Part shown: one piece after another, positions 35,684-48,365 of the stretch
Layout of the letters: each line of letters begins with the position of its first letter
How positions within the stretch are numbered: the stretch's first letter is position 1
Assembly: GCF_002105155.1 (NCBI RefSeq)
Contig: NW_019029016.1
Location: 1-64,000 of the forward strand
Source of the DNA: Lobosporangium transversale
Lineage: Eukaryota
Length of the DNA stretch: 64,000 nt
Reading direction: 5' to 3'
Notes under the pieces: model-generated
Seen by the model: only the letters and a program-made list of their open reading frames with translations
The model's database searches: none
Told to the model about the DNA's origin: nothing
Made by a program: the position numbers and the translations under genes

Positions 35684-37907
35684 TCACCGCTCTGTTCTTG
35701 TTCTTCTAGTTCTCATGCGTCTTGGTGCTTGCCTAAGTTCTGCTTGCAGATCAATCCCCATAATATATTGCTTGACATCTAGGAGTTCCTTTGTAGCTTT
35801 GGAATCCACACGATTTGTCCCAGTCTTAAAATTTTGTTTCTTGAACTCCTTAATCTGGTCTTGTGGAACAACAAAAATAAGTGCAACCTCCTCAGAGGAG
35901 TGAATCCACTTATTTTCTCGCATACTTTTCAAAAACGCTTTGAAGGGTTTGCTTTTGATGCCATGATCCTTGTTCGTCGTAACTTGAAGGAGATAGTTCG
36001 GAGCAAGTAACATATCCACACAGGCAAATCTTTTGCTATTTGGGATCCATAGCGATCCTTGCATCTTGCCCTTGTAACATTCAAGAGTATTGAACCATTT
36101 AACGTCCGGGCTAGCTTTGATATCAATGGTTATTTCAGTATTGTCATGAAGGTTCCTGGCCTGAAAGCAACGGTTGCCTATCCGTAGTATGCGCCGCATA
36201 TAAAGCTCGAACATTGCTCCTCTACCTTCACCAACTCTACCATTGGCAAGCCGATTCAATAGTTCATTCCAAGTTTTGTCGTCCACTGCATCATGCACCT
36301 CTTCCATGATATAATCTGAAGCCCATACTAATCGAAATCCTCTATGATCTTTTGTCGGATAACGGTGAAGAAGATGGCTGCTGTAACATTGTGAATCCTT
36401 AGCCTGTTCAAAGTATTGAAGTATCTTCATTGGATCCTTGATGTTGTCAAGGGCTTGATTAACGCGCTCGAGTGCACTGCTTTCTGCTACTGCTCTCACT
36501 TTTTTTTTACAACGATCCTCTGGGGAGTAGAAATCCAGTTCTTTACGCGGTACCTCGAGGACATACCTTGGCACTCCACCAATCATCTCATACAGGTGTT
36601 CCATAAAATCTTCCGGAACCATATGAAAGGCTTCAACCTTGTCTCTGCATTCTTTTAACTCATCTAGCTCCCACGGAGCCATGTAGTATTTCCATGGGAC
36701 TCCCTTCACGATTTCTTTATACAGATTTTCCTCAGAATTTAAAGTTTTTGGCGACACTGAAAAGATAGTCCTGGCGAGCATGAGCTTTGGTGCTGGTGAG
36801 CTATCGACTAGGAACCAAGTAACAGATCGTCCACCGAAAGCATAACACATTGGATCTTCCTTTTGCTGGATGATGATAATAGGTGGGTCTTCCTCATTGC
36901 TAGTGGCAAGCAGCCGGGTAGCAAAGTATACAAGAAAAGATTATTGTCCTATATCGGCTGTCCCTGTGAGGACCATTTGGAGGGCTTCAGGCTTTATATC
37001 TCTGTCTATACCAAACTTATTGATGATCTTATCGTAGAGTTCTTTGAAAGCTGATCCTACGTACAGATCTCGGACCTTGAGCACAGAAAATTTTGTCCCC
37101 CAAGGGCTGGATATCACGTCGATTTCTTGAAATGATGCGTTTTGGAGGGAAGTGGCCGTTTGGGATATTGAATAGTACAGGTCAGTCCTACCCACCCTGG
37201 CGCCATTATTAGCAAGTACTGAAACCAGTTCTTTACTCGAAAGGACGGAGAGATCAGGATCACCGTTTATTATAGCCTTTTGGGCAAGTCCTGCTGCACT
37301 AATTGCCTTCATTTGGTTGCCCTCGTCTAGCTTGGTCTTTTTGGAGGAGCTCCTATCATCCTCGCCATTCTCTAGCTGATCTCGATCTCTTTTCGAAACT
37401 TTGTAAAAATTTAAACAAATAGAATAGTTTTAGAAGGCAGTTTGACGCCTTGAATCGAAACCATCAGTCCAAAAAGAACTAAAGACATACCTCGCTTCGG
37501 TACTTCAACAATAATGTAAATGAGATTATCTGATGCCCCGTCAGGAAAGTAAGTATGGAGTTTCTCAAGTACGTTGTCAAGGACCTTGAGTGACTCTTTA
37601 GGAAACTTGCATAGTTCCTCTACTGTTGAACCATTAGGATGAGCTTGAGAATAAGATCCTTTGCATCGGTACCATTAAAAGCGTTTTCATTCTTTGCTTT
37701 AATGGCATCCTTTAAAAAACCAATGGTTTGGTCGGAACGAATGATCACTGAGAAAGCCGGTTCTCCTTCCACAAGGCAGAAAAGTTTCAGTTTAATTGGC
37801 TTGGGAGACTCGTTGTTTTTGGATTTTGCTGGAGATTTGTTGTCCGTGGTTGAAGATCTAGAGATTGGCGAATTCCGAGTACCCCTGACTGATTTTGCTT
37901 TCGGCAT
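35684..37907 (-). pseudogene. Crinkler gene (Ubl header + NTPase + restriction-endonuclease-like C-terminus), frameshifted
   Basis: LKLFCLVEGEPAFSV...LKDAIK header; IYIIVEVP motif before an intron (~37402-37491); eroded P-loop LTGTADIG; GGVPRY; VDMLL...LQVTTNKDH. Confidence 0.8.
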
Positions 37908-38637
37908 TATTGTACAAGAATAAAAGAGTAAAAAGATCTGTTTGAGTGGTGAGATGCAACTGAAGGTTGATTGTTACAAAAAAAAACTGTAATTCTTTAT
38001 GCCAAAATTACATCCCGTGATAATAACAAACTGCTTTATAAAAATGTACCTTTTTCTTGTTCCTTTGTGCTCTATAGACCTTGATAAAGGTGTTGTTGGA
38101 CCCAATCATGGTGATCGCCTCGGAAACTGACGCCAGGGCTCCAGTTTCCTTTTCCTTTAAGTTTATGGGTGTTGATTCTTGTCGGGGTACAGTTTCCAAC
38201 AAACAAGATGGGAGGTGAAGAGGAGGAGGAAAGGAAAGAAAAGTTGGGGGTATTTATGAAGATTGTTTTTCTTTTTGTGATATTGATATGACGTTTCACA
38301 GCAACGCAAAGGAAACTTGGTATCCCACCGGATTGCCAAATAGTAAAATATCTGATTTGACAACCCTGAGCTCGCTGTTATTTGACCCTTTTTTTTTATT
38401 GACAAGGATCTCAAGGGTCGTTATTTGACAATCTGCCTCGTCCCAAATTATCCATAGTGTTCACTATCACTTGAAAACCAACAGAATACTCAATGGTGGG
38501 TGTGACATATCAGTCACATGTAAGTAGTGCTTTCACTTGTCATTCATTAGTTATCAATTTCACTCTATTTAAATCAGTAGGAGGTGATCAATAAAGAATA
38601 TTTCCTTCTATTTGTAATATACAAATATACATCATGC

Positions 38638-39998
38638 ATGGTCTACTGAATGGTCACATTGTCATAGGCAACATGGACGAATGTGCGTGTTACCTTTCTT
38701 CATTGAAAATCCGATGAGAAATAAAGAAAATAAACTAAATAAAAGACCCCTCTGCCCTGCAAATCTGATCTGCATCTACTTCTCGAGTCAAAAGGGTGGT
38801 GTGGGGCGGGACATACGCCCATGGTACCTATGACAATGTGAACAGGTCGTCCTTCGTAGACCATTCAGTAGACCATTGTCTACGGTACCATGTCCGTATG
38901 TGGCTCCAGAGGGATCGCTAAAGAGAACAAAACTAAAACAAAACTAAAATTAAAAGAAAACTAAACGAAATGGACCATTAACTAAAAAAAGTCTAGCCTA
39001 GAGTGCTCATGGACATGTTGTTGGAGGCGGCACTCGACAAACGGTAGTGCTTCTTGAAGACTTTCGGGGACGATATCAGCCACTGATACGCCAGCTATAG
39101 CCGCGAGCGTAGAACCTAAGGTTCAGAGCTTAGGCACTTTCTTGTCTCCTAAATCCATCAACGAAGAGATCCTACCATGTGGGAGTCAATAGTAGTCGCA
39201 CGTGCCGGCTAGGTGTGGTTTTTCACAAATCTAATCAAAAGTACAATGCTCCTTGTTGGGCCCTTTGGATGAGGTGGGATAGTGGAAGGACAAGACAATC
39301 TGTCCAGGTAAGCGATGTATGCGTCGACAGGGCATAGCTTCTTGCCAAAGTGAGAGATCGCATGACATTCCCAAAAACCTGCGACGATCTGCCGTAATGC
39401 TAGATTGTGCACTTTGTGAAAGTATTCTGCCAGGAATTCGTCCAAGGGTCGCGTAACGTGGGCCTGGCATTCTTGTAGTTGAGATAACCGTTGAAGAGAA
39501 GTGGTCTCCTGAGGCCAAGGCAACTCAAAAAAAGGTGCTTTGTACTGTTGATCTGGGTTCTTAGGATGGAGAACATACTCGGTGAGGATGTTATCATCGC
39601 CAGAGTTGGCCAAGGGGCGGAAGAAATGGGGGCCGTCAAGTGAAGCTACAGCTACCTTGAGGGCATCAGAGAGAACAAGTATCTTGGCCCGTGGACGATC
39701 AATGGCGATAGGGGAAGGGGAAGGGGAAGGGGAAGGGTTGGCCTGCGTAAGAGCAGCCACCTGCTGACGAAGAGTGTTGATTTCATGGAGTGCATTATGA
39801 GTGTTGTTGGTAGATTTGTCGCTCATTGGAACGAGTAGATAATAGTCTGCAACGGATGAGTTCCAGGGGCGACGAGAAGAAAGATGCGGATCAGATTTGC
39901 AGGGCAGAGGAATCTATTATTTAACCTATTTCTTTATTTCTCGTCGAATTTGCAATGAAGAAATGTGACACACATACGGACATGGTGCCGTAGACAAT
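38638..39998 (-). mobile_element. Internally deleted DIRS element (gag 5' half fused to YR 3' fragment)
   Basis: ITRs at ~38658-38790 and ~39870-39998; ICR at ~38812-38900 with an ATT junction; ORF 39209-39826 has gag-like LPWP...TRPLD then YR-like LCPVDAY; LGSTLAAIAGVS at ~39085-39120. Confidence 0.85.
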
Positions 39999-40259
39999 GT
40001 TTGTAACATTCTATTCGCTTTTCATCTTAAATTTGACCACTTGCCTTTTCTACTTGTTCTTGTTCTTTCTTTTGCTTTATGACGGACTTGCCTATTCGTT
40101 TTTTGAGCAATTTTTTTTTTCTCTTCTCGTCCAACTTGGATTATGAACATCATTTCGATGGTGAGTAACGATTCATCCAGGATATATGTGTGTGCTGAAG
40201 GAATGGTTGTTCTTGCGGTGATGAAAAGTAATAGCTCAGTAATTGATGGCGTTTGCTTT

Positions 40260-41268
40260 TTAAAAGTGAGCTGGCTGATTGCTCCCAACGAAGACTCTGC
40301 TTGCTTCGTCATCGCTTTGTTCAGATTTGCTAACATAACGTAAGAGTTTTTGCTTGACCTCCTTCGGAACATCTTCACAAATCGCTTCGAACCGTCTGCA
40401 CATCTTGTCGATGTATTCATTTTCGCCCCCTTCGTCGCCCTTCACTGATATTAGCTGGGTCCTCGATCGCTTTGCAGTAACAGTTTCATGGCAATCCACT
40501 TCATTCTCCACTCATTTTTGCTCCATTTCCCAACTGATCAGTGGGGCTCAATAATATTGTAAGCAACTCAGTATCTCCTATTTCCTCTATGAAACAGATA
40601 AAAGTAATAAATTAACATCATGATACAATTGAACAGATTATTATCTTTTGAATGACTGGCTTCACCCTCTGAACTAAATTGCCTTCGATGTAATGTCCAC
40701 TCTGATATTATCGAATTGAACTCTTCGTCTGATAGAATAAAATCACCTGGAAACAAAACCCATCTCGGCAAACCTCTTCATGACGATTTAGATGCTTCAA
40801 GGTTTTTACTGTTTGTTACATACCGAGGCTTGGGAGTGCACCTCAAGGGTACTTCCATTTTTATTCATAAGGTCAGAATATTGTGCGACGGTCATGGCAG
40901 GTCCTTTATAAGAGGCTCCCGCCCGGCAACAATAGTAAATACAACTTTTGATCTCCTTGACTTGCCACCTGTAGAAAACATCTCACTGTTGATTCGTACT
41001 GCTGATGCTTTTTGACGTAATGCAGACCCAAAGCCTTTAGTCTCTCTCGAGCAATTTTGTACTGGACCTTTAATGCCTTCTCAGAGAGGACTTTCTTTCC
41101 AGCATTGTCAAACGAATCAAAACATTGATGTCTAGCGACATTAATTGAATGAGGGTATAAGAAATGCCTAGCTGCAAATTCACAGCATTTCAAAAGCAAC
41201 TCATTGTCCATCGCAGGACAATCGTTCTGTTGCCTTAACCTGAAGTCTTGCACACCTGGCTTTTTCAT
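40260..41268 (-). pseudogene. Fragmented unknown gene (possible exons or pseudogene)
   Basis: Successive same-strand protein-like segments (40906-41268, 40568-40771, 40260-40511); no recognised domain. Confidence 0.3.
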
Positions 41269-41812
41269 TTAGACCCATTATTGGCAGTCACAAGAGAAGC
41301 AAGTGGCAATGTGTCCCTCAACACAGTCCAGACATTCAAGAATGATTTCATTTCATTCAAACGCCATAAAGGACAGGGACATTCTTCTTTGATCCATCTC
41401 AATTAAAAAAAGAAAAAGAATCAAGCAAACATGACAAAAGAGCAATTGTCCATACGCCCATGTGCTCTGTATAAAAAAAAAGAACATTCCATGGAGTCAA
41501 GGGCGCAGGTATGCAATCATTATTTTGCCAACTGTACCACAAAGTAAATAGACAAGAATGATTTTAGATGAGCCGCGTACTTTTTCATCTTTTTACATCA
41601 TTACCATCACATAAATCCCCCTTCGCATTTCCTCTTTATTAATCCGAATCTCTTGAAGTATATACATGTAAGAAATTCCAAGATGCCTAGGAACTCATCT
41701 GAAAACACCGCTTCCACTCACCATTAACGCACAGTCCCTTTCTTTAACAATCATTATCCATTCAAGGATACGGATAGGCTACAATCCAAGGGCAAAAGGA
41801 AGACATTAAACC

Positions 41813-44800
41813 ATGTTTGGTAACATCAATTCTCCGTCTCGGAAGACACTCTCTCCAACCCAGGCCCTGAGACTCTTCAATTTCTATATGCAAGGCACTC
41901 GCACCATAGACGATGATAATGACATAGTAATGGAGCTATGTTTCGATGCTGACTCTGTACTGTCTCGAATTCAAAAGTCTCCGAAAAAGCCCTTTGCCTC
42001 AATGTCTTCAGGTTCTTCGATCTCTTCAGGTTCCAATGAAGACATGGCATTGCGCCAAGGTATCGCCTCTGCCTACTATGAACTTGCTCGGGTATTTGAA
42101 CAATTGGGTCACCCAGGTGATGCTCAAAGACGGGACAAGAAAGCAGAGAAATGGGGATACGTTCAAGGGATCAGTAATAATATTAACAATAGCAACAATA
42201 TCAGCAGATCGAGTAGAATGCCTATAGGAGCACAAGTGCAGTCAGTTGCAACTATTTCAAAGGACATTTTTAATCATAATGACTCTCCAACAATCATCAG
42301 GCACAGCTTACCGGATGCTGATACTCACCTAAATGATACCCACCAGCTTGTATATTGCCTTGGCCTGCTCTCTACTGCTTCTGTCCCAACCACCAACCTC
42401 ACCGATAAAGAGAAAGAGTGGTGCCATATCATATCAGCCGATAAAGATGAGTATGAGCGATTGCATAAATTGGCATCGGATGTGATTGAAATTTTCAGCA
42501 CCAATGATGTTAAGGCCGAAACTGCTGTCGTAGAGGTTGTATCTCTGGCTCCGGCTCTCGACCAAATTCAGTTCAGAACATTGCTCATGGCCTTGATCAA
42601 TGGGATTAGTCAGAATATCATACTGGGGACTCATTTGCTGGAAGGATTAGCTCAATTGATACAACGTGGTCCTCTTGGATGCCTCGACTCGGATGATCTT
42701 GTCTCTATCCTCAATATTCTCAGTTCCCGTTTGCAGGGCACACATACCCAATCTGGAAACCATCTCTATCGGCTCTCAGCTACAGTCTCACATGTCCTCG
42801 ATGCCATGGTCAACAGCCAAGTCAAGGGTTTGAAGCGAGAACAACTCCATGAGCCACTTGCTGCATACCTCAAAGGATTGAAAGGCAGCTCAAATCCTCA
42901 TCTAGTCTACCAAGCGGCTTATGCTTTCCAAGCACTACTGTACATTCCAGACGACGAATCAACTATGCAAGGCATGCTTCGACGAACATCAGCAGTATTC
43001 CGAGGAGTATTTGGAATAGTGAGTGCAGTCAAGGACATGAATATGAATGCTTTCATTGATGAGATAAGCAACATCCAGAAAGGTCTTCCATCAGTGACAG
43101 ACATCACGGAAATGAGTTTACAAGTATACAAGGGTACAACCTCGCTGTATGAGAGTGGAGCAACATTCAGAGAGTGTATGGAAGAAGGACTGAGCTTCAG
43201 TCGCAAGTCAGGATGGTATCCAGCACTTCGAGTAGCTGATGGGCTACTCCAGACAGGCGAACTGACCAAGTTCAAGACTCTTGTGTGCGGAGCATCCTGC
43301 CGGAATGAAGCAGCATTCCAATGGGGACTATGTCAAAGACTGGGACAGATTGTGGCTGATGCAAAGTGGAGCATGGATACTCGACAAGATGCCATTATGT
43401 TGTTAGGAGAGATCTACAAGAATGACCAAGAATGGGGTTGCAATGCACATATCAAGCAGTGGATCGTGAATATCCTTAGGCACCTATCCTCGCTGTCACT
43501 GGATGGTCTTCAAGGTGCATATTTCCTTTTTTTCCAAAGGATATGTTTGATGGCTGTAGTAATTAGTAGTATATGTTGACTAATCTACGTACTCCACACT
43601 TACCTTCTTCCCTTCTTTCTGCGCCCTTAATATCCAGTCACAAACACTCTCTTAAATGATCTCGAAAGACATGGAGACGTCAAAAAACAAGATTTATATA
43701 GGAGCTGTCTTCAGGCACCATTAATCCAGTGCATCTTCACTGTCACACCCCCTCCTGCTCCGCCCACCCATCTGCTTGACCGCGTACAGAAGAAGCCTGG
43801 ATTTGAGGACAGTTTACGTCAGCTAAAGAGACGACGGATGGAGACTGGGGATGACCACGGGTTCTACATTCAACAATATGCAAAAGCAAGCCCTCAAGCA
43901 AGCGATGACAAGTTGTTCTTGTTGATGGATAAAGTGAAAGAGTTTTTAGACAGCGACCAAAAAGTGATGCTTGTGCAAGGAGATTCAGGAGCAGGCAAAT
44001 CCACATTCAACCGCACTCTGGAGCGCACACTCTGGGAGACGTACCAAAAGAGACATGGTCGGATCCCTCTGTTTATCAACCTTCCAGCCATTGACAAGCC
44101 AGAGAAGGACCTGGTTGCAAAACAGCTGCGAGACTATGGTTTCACGGACTTAGAGATCAAGGAACTGAAGATGAACCGATCATTCATCTTGATATGTGAT
44201 GGATATGATGAGAGCATGCAGACCAACAACTTGTATGCATCCAACCAACTGAATAAGGCTGGAGAGTGGAAGGGTCAGATGGTGATCAGTTGTCGCAGTG
44301 AATATCTCGGATCGGACTATCGAGACCGATTCCAGCCTATGGACCGCAATCATCGAGCAGATAGTGGATTGTTCCAAGAGGCAGTGATTGTGCCATTCTC
44401 AGAGACGCAGATTGAAGATTATATTGAACAATATGTCGATTCTATGGACTTACTGTGGGGCGTGGAGGACTATAAGCGCGCACTCAAGATGATTCCTAGC
44501 TTACAAGAGCTTGTGAGGAACCCATTCATACTATCGATGTCACTTGAAGTACTCCCACGGATGGTGGATCCAAGCCAAGACATTTCTAATACCAAGATCA
44601 AGCGGGTCACATTGTATGACCAGTTTGTTGAGCTATGGCTCGAACGAGGCAAGAAGCGACTAGGTGAAACACTTAGGCCAGAAGATAGAAAGATGTTCCG
44701 GATATTTACAGATGAAGGGTTTGCACAGAATGGAGTCAAGTACCTGACAGAGCTAGCTATAGCGATCTATAAGCATCAAGATGGCAACCCAGTGGTGGAG

Positions 44801-47800
44801 TACTCGCCATTCAAGGACAAGGGTACATGGAAGGAAATGTACTTTAGCAAAGAAAATAGAAGGAACCTATTACGTGAAGCTTCGCCACTCACTCGTACAG
44901 GTAACCAACATCGATTTATGCATCGATCTAATCTGGAGTATAGTCTGGTACGATCGATATTTGAGCCACAGCCAGTAAGGAGTGCTTTCACAGGCGATGG
45001 AGAAGCAAAGGCAACTACACCACACTCTCGTCGACAGAGCATTAGCTCAGTGTTTAGTTTCGAAGGCTTGGATATCAAGGAAGGTGAACAGGAAGTGGAT
45101 CTAGTCGAAGCCGATGAGACATCGCCTTTAGTATGGAGAAGTTTTGTAGACGAGCCATCTATCATCCACTTCTTAGAGGATCGTGTCCGCCTTGAGCCAG
45201 TGTTTAAACGACAGCTGTACACGTATGTGGAGCTCTCAAAAGACGGTCATAAGTGGCGAATAGCAGCGGCCAATGCGATGACGATCTTGATCCGATCAGG
45301 CGAGTCATTCATCGGAGCAGATTTACGAGGCATCCAGATTCCAGGAGCAGATGTCAGCCATGGTATTTTTGAAAATGCTCAACTGCAAGGAGCAGATCTG
45401 AGGAAGGTTAACTTACGGAAATGTTGGCTTCGTGGAGCAAACTTGAGTGGAGCAAAGATGGCAGGAGTACAGTTTGGAGAGTGGCCACTTATCGAAGCAA
45501 GCGGTAAGGTATTAGACGGAACATATTCGCCTGATGGCAAGACACTTGCTGTAGTTATCGAAGATAACCCATCAAAGAGACTTTCAATTATTATATACGA
45601 CACATCATCATGGGAGGAGCTTTTGAATCTTAGGAACAAGGCAATCATTGACCGCCTAGTATACTCGCCAGACAGCCGACATATCGCCTCCTGGGACTAC
45701 TACCGAAAAGCAGTTATAGTTGTGGATATTAAATCAGGAGCAATAGTTCGCAAATTGGTGGGCTCTAGACAGTCTGTCTTTTGTTTAGCGTACTCACCAA
45801 GCGGAAATGACCTTGCTTCAGCTGACCTTGATGAATCAGTGCGAGTGTGGGACACCCAAACAGGCATTCTCAAATTTAGATTAGAGGGCCTTACTAATGA
45901 TGCGAGGACTGTGGTATATTCACCTGATGGAAAGCAGATTGCAACTGGCAGTGGCGACAAGATATTGCGATTATGGGATGCGACATCCGGACAACTGATA
46001 ATGATGCTCATGGACCATAAGTCTAGGGTTGACCAAATTGAGTATTCACCTAATGGCCAGGAAATTATAACTCGCTGTGACTTTGGTCATTTCCTATATG
46101 TGTGGGATGTTGGAACTGGTCAAAAGAAGTTTGAGTTGAAACACGATTATGATGTTAGGGGCATACAATATTCACCTAACGGAAGGTTCGCTGCTTCGTT
46201 CGCTGAATCTCACGGCTCGGGCACAATATATCAGTGGGATATGCAAACGGGGAAAGCCATCCATACTCTTAAAGAAAATGTTTATTCGATCACAAATCTG
46301 AGGTATTCACCAAATGGAGAGGAGATAGTCACTTGCGGATGGAGCAGCGGCGCAATGCAGCTTTGGAACGCAAGGTCAGGGCAGCTCATGAATACCCTCC
46401 ACGGCCACTCTGAGAGAATAGACCGGATTGTATATTCACCAAGCAATCACCAGCTTGCATCCTTCAGTAGAGATGGGACGGTACGCCTTTGGGATACTCG
46501 ACCACAACAATCTAATCATGACTTACATAACCATTCATCACGCATCCGTGGCGTTAGGAACTCACCGGATGGACAGCAAATAGCTTCATACAGTGGAGAT
46601 GGAACAGTACGCATATGGGATGCAAGGACAGGACAATCCATCCGCGTTTTACAATGCCCCGATGGAAGCGCAGGCGACATCAAGTATTTATCTGATGACC
46701 ATTTGCTTATTTCTTACTCCCCAAACGTCTATCTGTGGGATGTTCGAACAGGCCAAGTTGTCCGCACTTTGAAGTTACAAAATGAACAAGACAATAAGAT
46801 CTATACCATAAATTTCTCGCCTATTGACCACCAAATCGCCTGTGGCTATCTAAATGGAGACGTGACTATATGGGACGCGTATACAGGAGAGCTCATCCAC
46901 AAACTACAATATCACAAACGCCTTGTAGCATCTATTGCATTTTCACCCGATGGGCGCCAGATTGCCTCGTATGATTTATTTGGCTATGTCCGACTTTGGA
47001 GAGCACAATCGGGGGATCTGCAGTATGCAGTAAGGGATACAGAGTGGGATGAAGACTTCGATGAAGAGCCATACTACGGCAATGATATCGCATACACACC
47101 TGACGGTCAAAAGATATTAGTTTATCGTGAACTGGGGTATCAGCACTTTCAAGTATGGGATATAGAAACGAGCGAGCTCTATTACGAAGACTCGTTTCAG
47201 GGGGTTTCATGGGTTATGGCATTTTCGCCATGTAGTCAGCAATTGGCTTTTGGAGTTGAAGAAGGAGAGATTAAAGTGGTAGACCTGAAATTGGGAAAGG
47301 AATTGCATATACTTTCTGGACATAGAGAATATCTCAATGAGCTATCTTATTCGCCTGATGGAAGGTACATTGCCTCAAGCGGTAGCGACATGATAGTGCG
47401 GTTGTGGGATCTGAAGACGGGTCAATGTTTGGTTTCAATCCCATTGGAAGGTGGGGCTGTCTCTGCGCTTGTATGGAATGCAGTTGAGGAAGGCTACTTT
47501 CTTTTTACAGGGTCTGAGGATGCGTCTGTTCGGATGTGGCAAATTGTGGAGGAGGATGAAGAATATCAGTATTATCTGAAATGGAGCACTAGACAAACGG
47601 TCCTTAATGCGAGCAAGACACAGATTCAAGATGTAGATGGATTGAGTGAGCTCAACAGGAAGGTTCTGGTGCAACATGGAGCTATAGATAAGCAATCCCC
47701 CTCTTTGGCCGTGCATAAATCGACCGAGGATATGATAGTACCATCGACAGCATCTAAGACCGAAGCTATTTCCGGTCAAGTGGACCGCCATCAAGGCCCA

Positions 47801-47971
47801 TCAGTTGAGACAGCGCCAGAGACAGGAGTATTGGCACGAGGAGGGACATTGACAAAGTCGATAGGACCGAGTAAAGCGATCAAAGACTACTGGTTCAAAT
47901 ATAGTGTGTGCAACGAATGTAACTTTGCACATGTCATTTCATGCAGAGCCCGCGACCAAGGAGATCGGTAA
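41813..47971 (+). CDS. NLR-like Arm-like/NACHT/pentapeptide/WD40 protein, join(41813..43514,43638..47971), ~2011 aa
   Basis: A 123-bp GT..AG intron (CTAAT branch at ~43580) joins the two ORFs in frame; Walker A GDSGAGKS, Walker B LICDGYDE, pentapeptide repeats (ADLRG..AQLQGADLRK), many WD40 repeats. Confidence 0.9.
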
Positions 47972-48365
47972 ACAGTATGGTGTTGAGGATTAAGAATGTG
48001 AAAGAAAATTGAATAAAATAAAATAAAATAAAATAATGTTAACACGCCTGAACTGTGTTCAATAACCCATTTTCTTATGAGAATATGATCTGGAAGTGCT
48101 ACAAAGGACGCACTATCCTCATTATCAGAGTAGCCATGGGACATATGTGTGACCTCTTTTTATTCCTTCTGACCGAGAAAAAACTAAAAATAAAATAAAT
48201 AAAATCTAGCGTTCGCTCTGATCTACTCTCTATCTAGTAACGAGTGAAAAGAAAAGGGAGGTGTGGGAGGGACATATGTCCCATGGCTACTCTGATAATG
48301 AGGATAGTGCGTCCTTTGTAGCACTTCCAGATCATTATCCTCGTAGCCATGGTCCATATGTGACT

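Noticed and set aside
41946..47794. Short antisense or alternative-frame ORFs inside the NLR gene
   Set aside because: Short, motif-free shadows of the main CDS.
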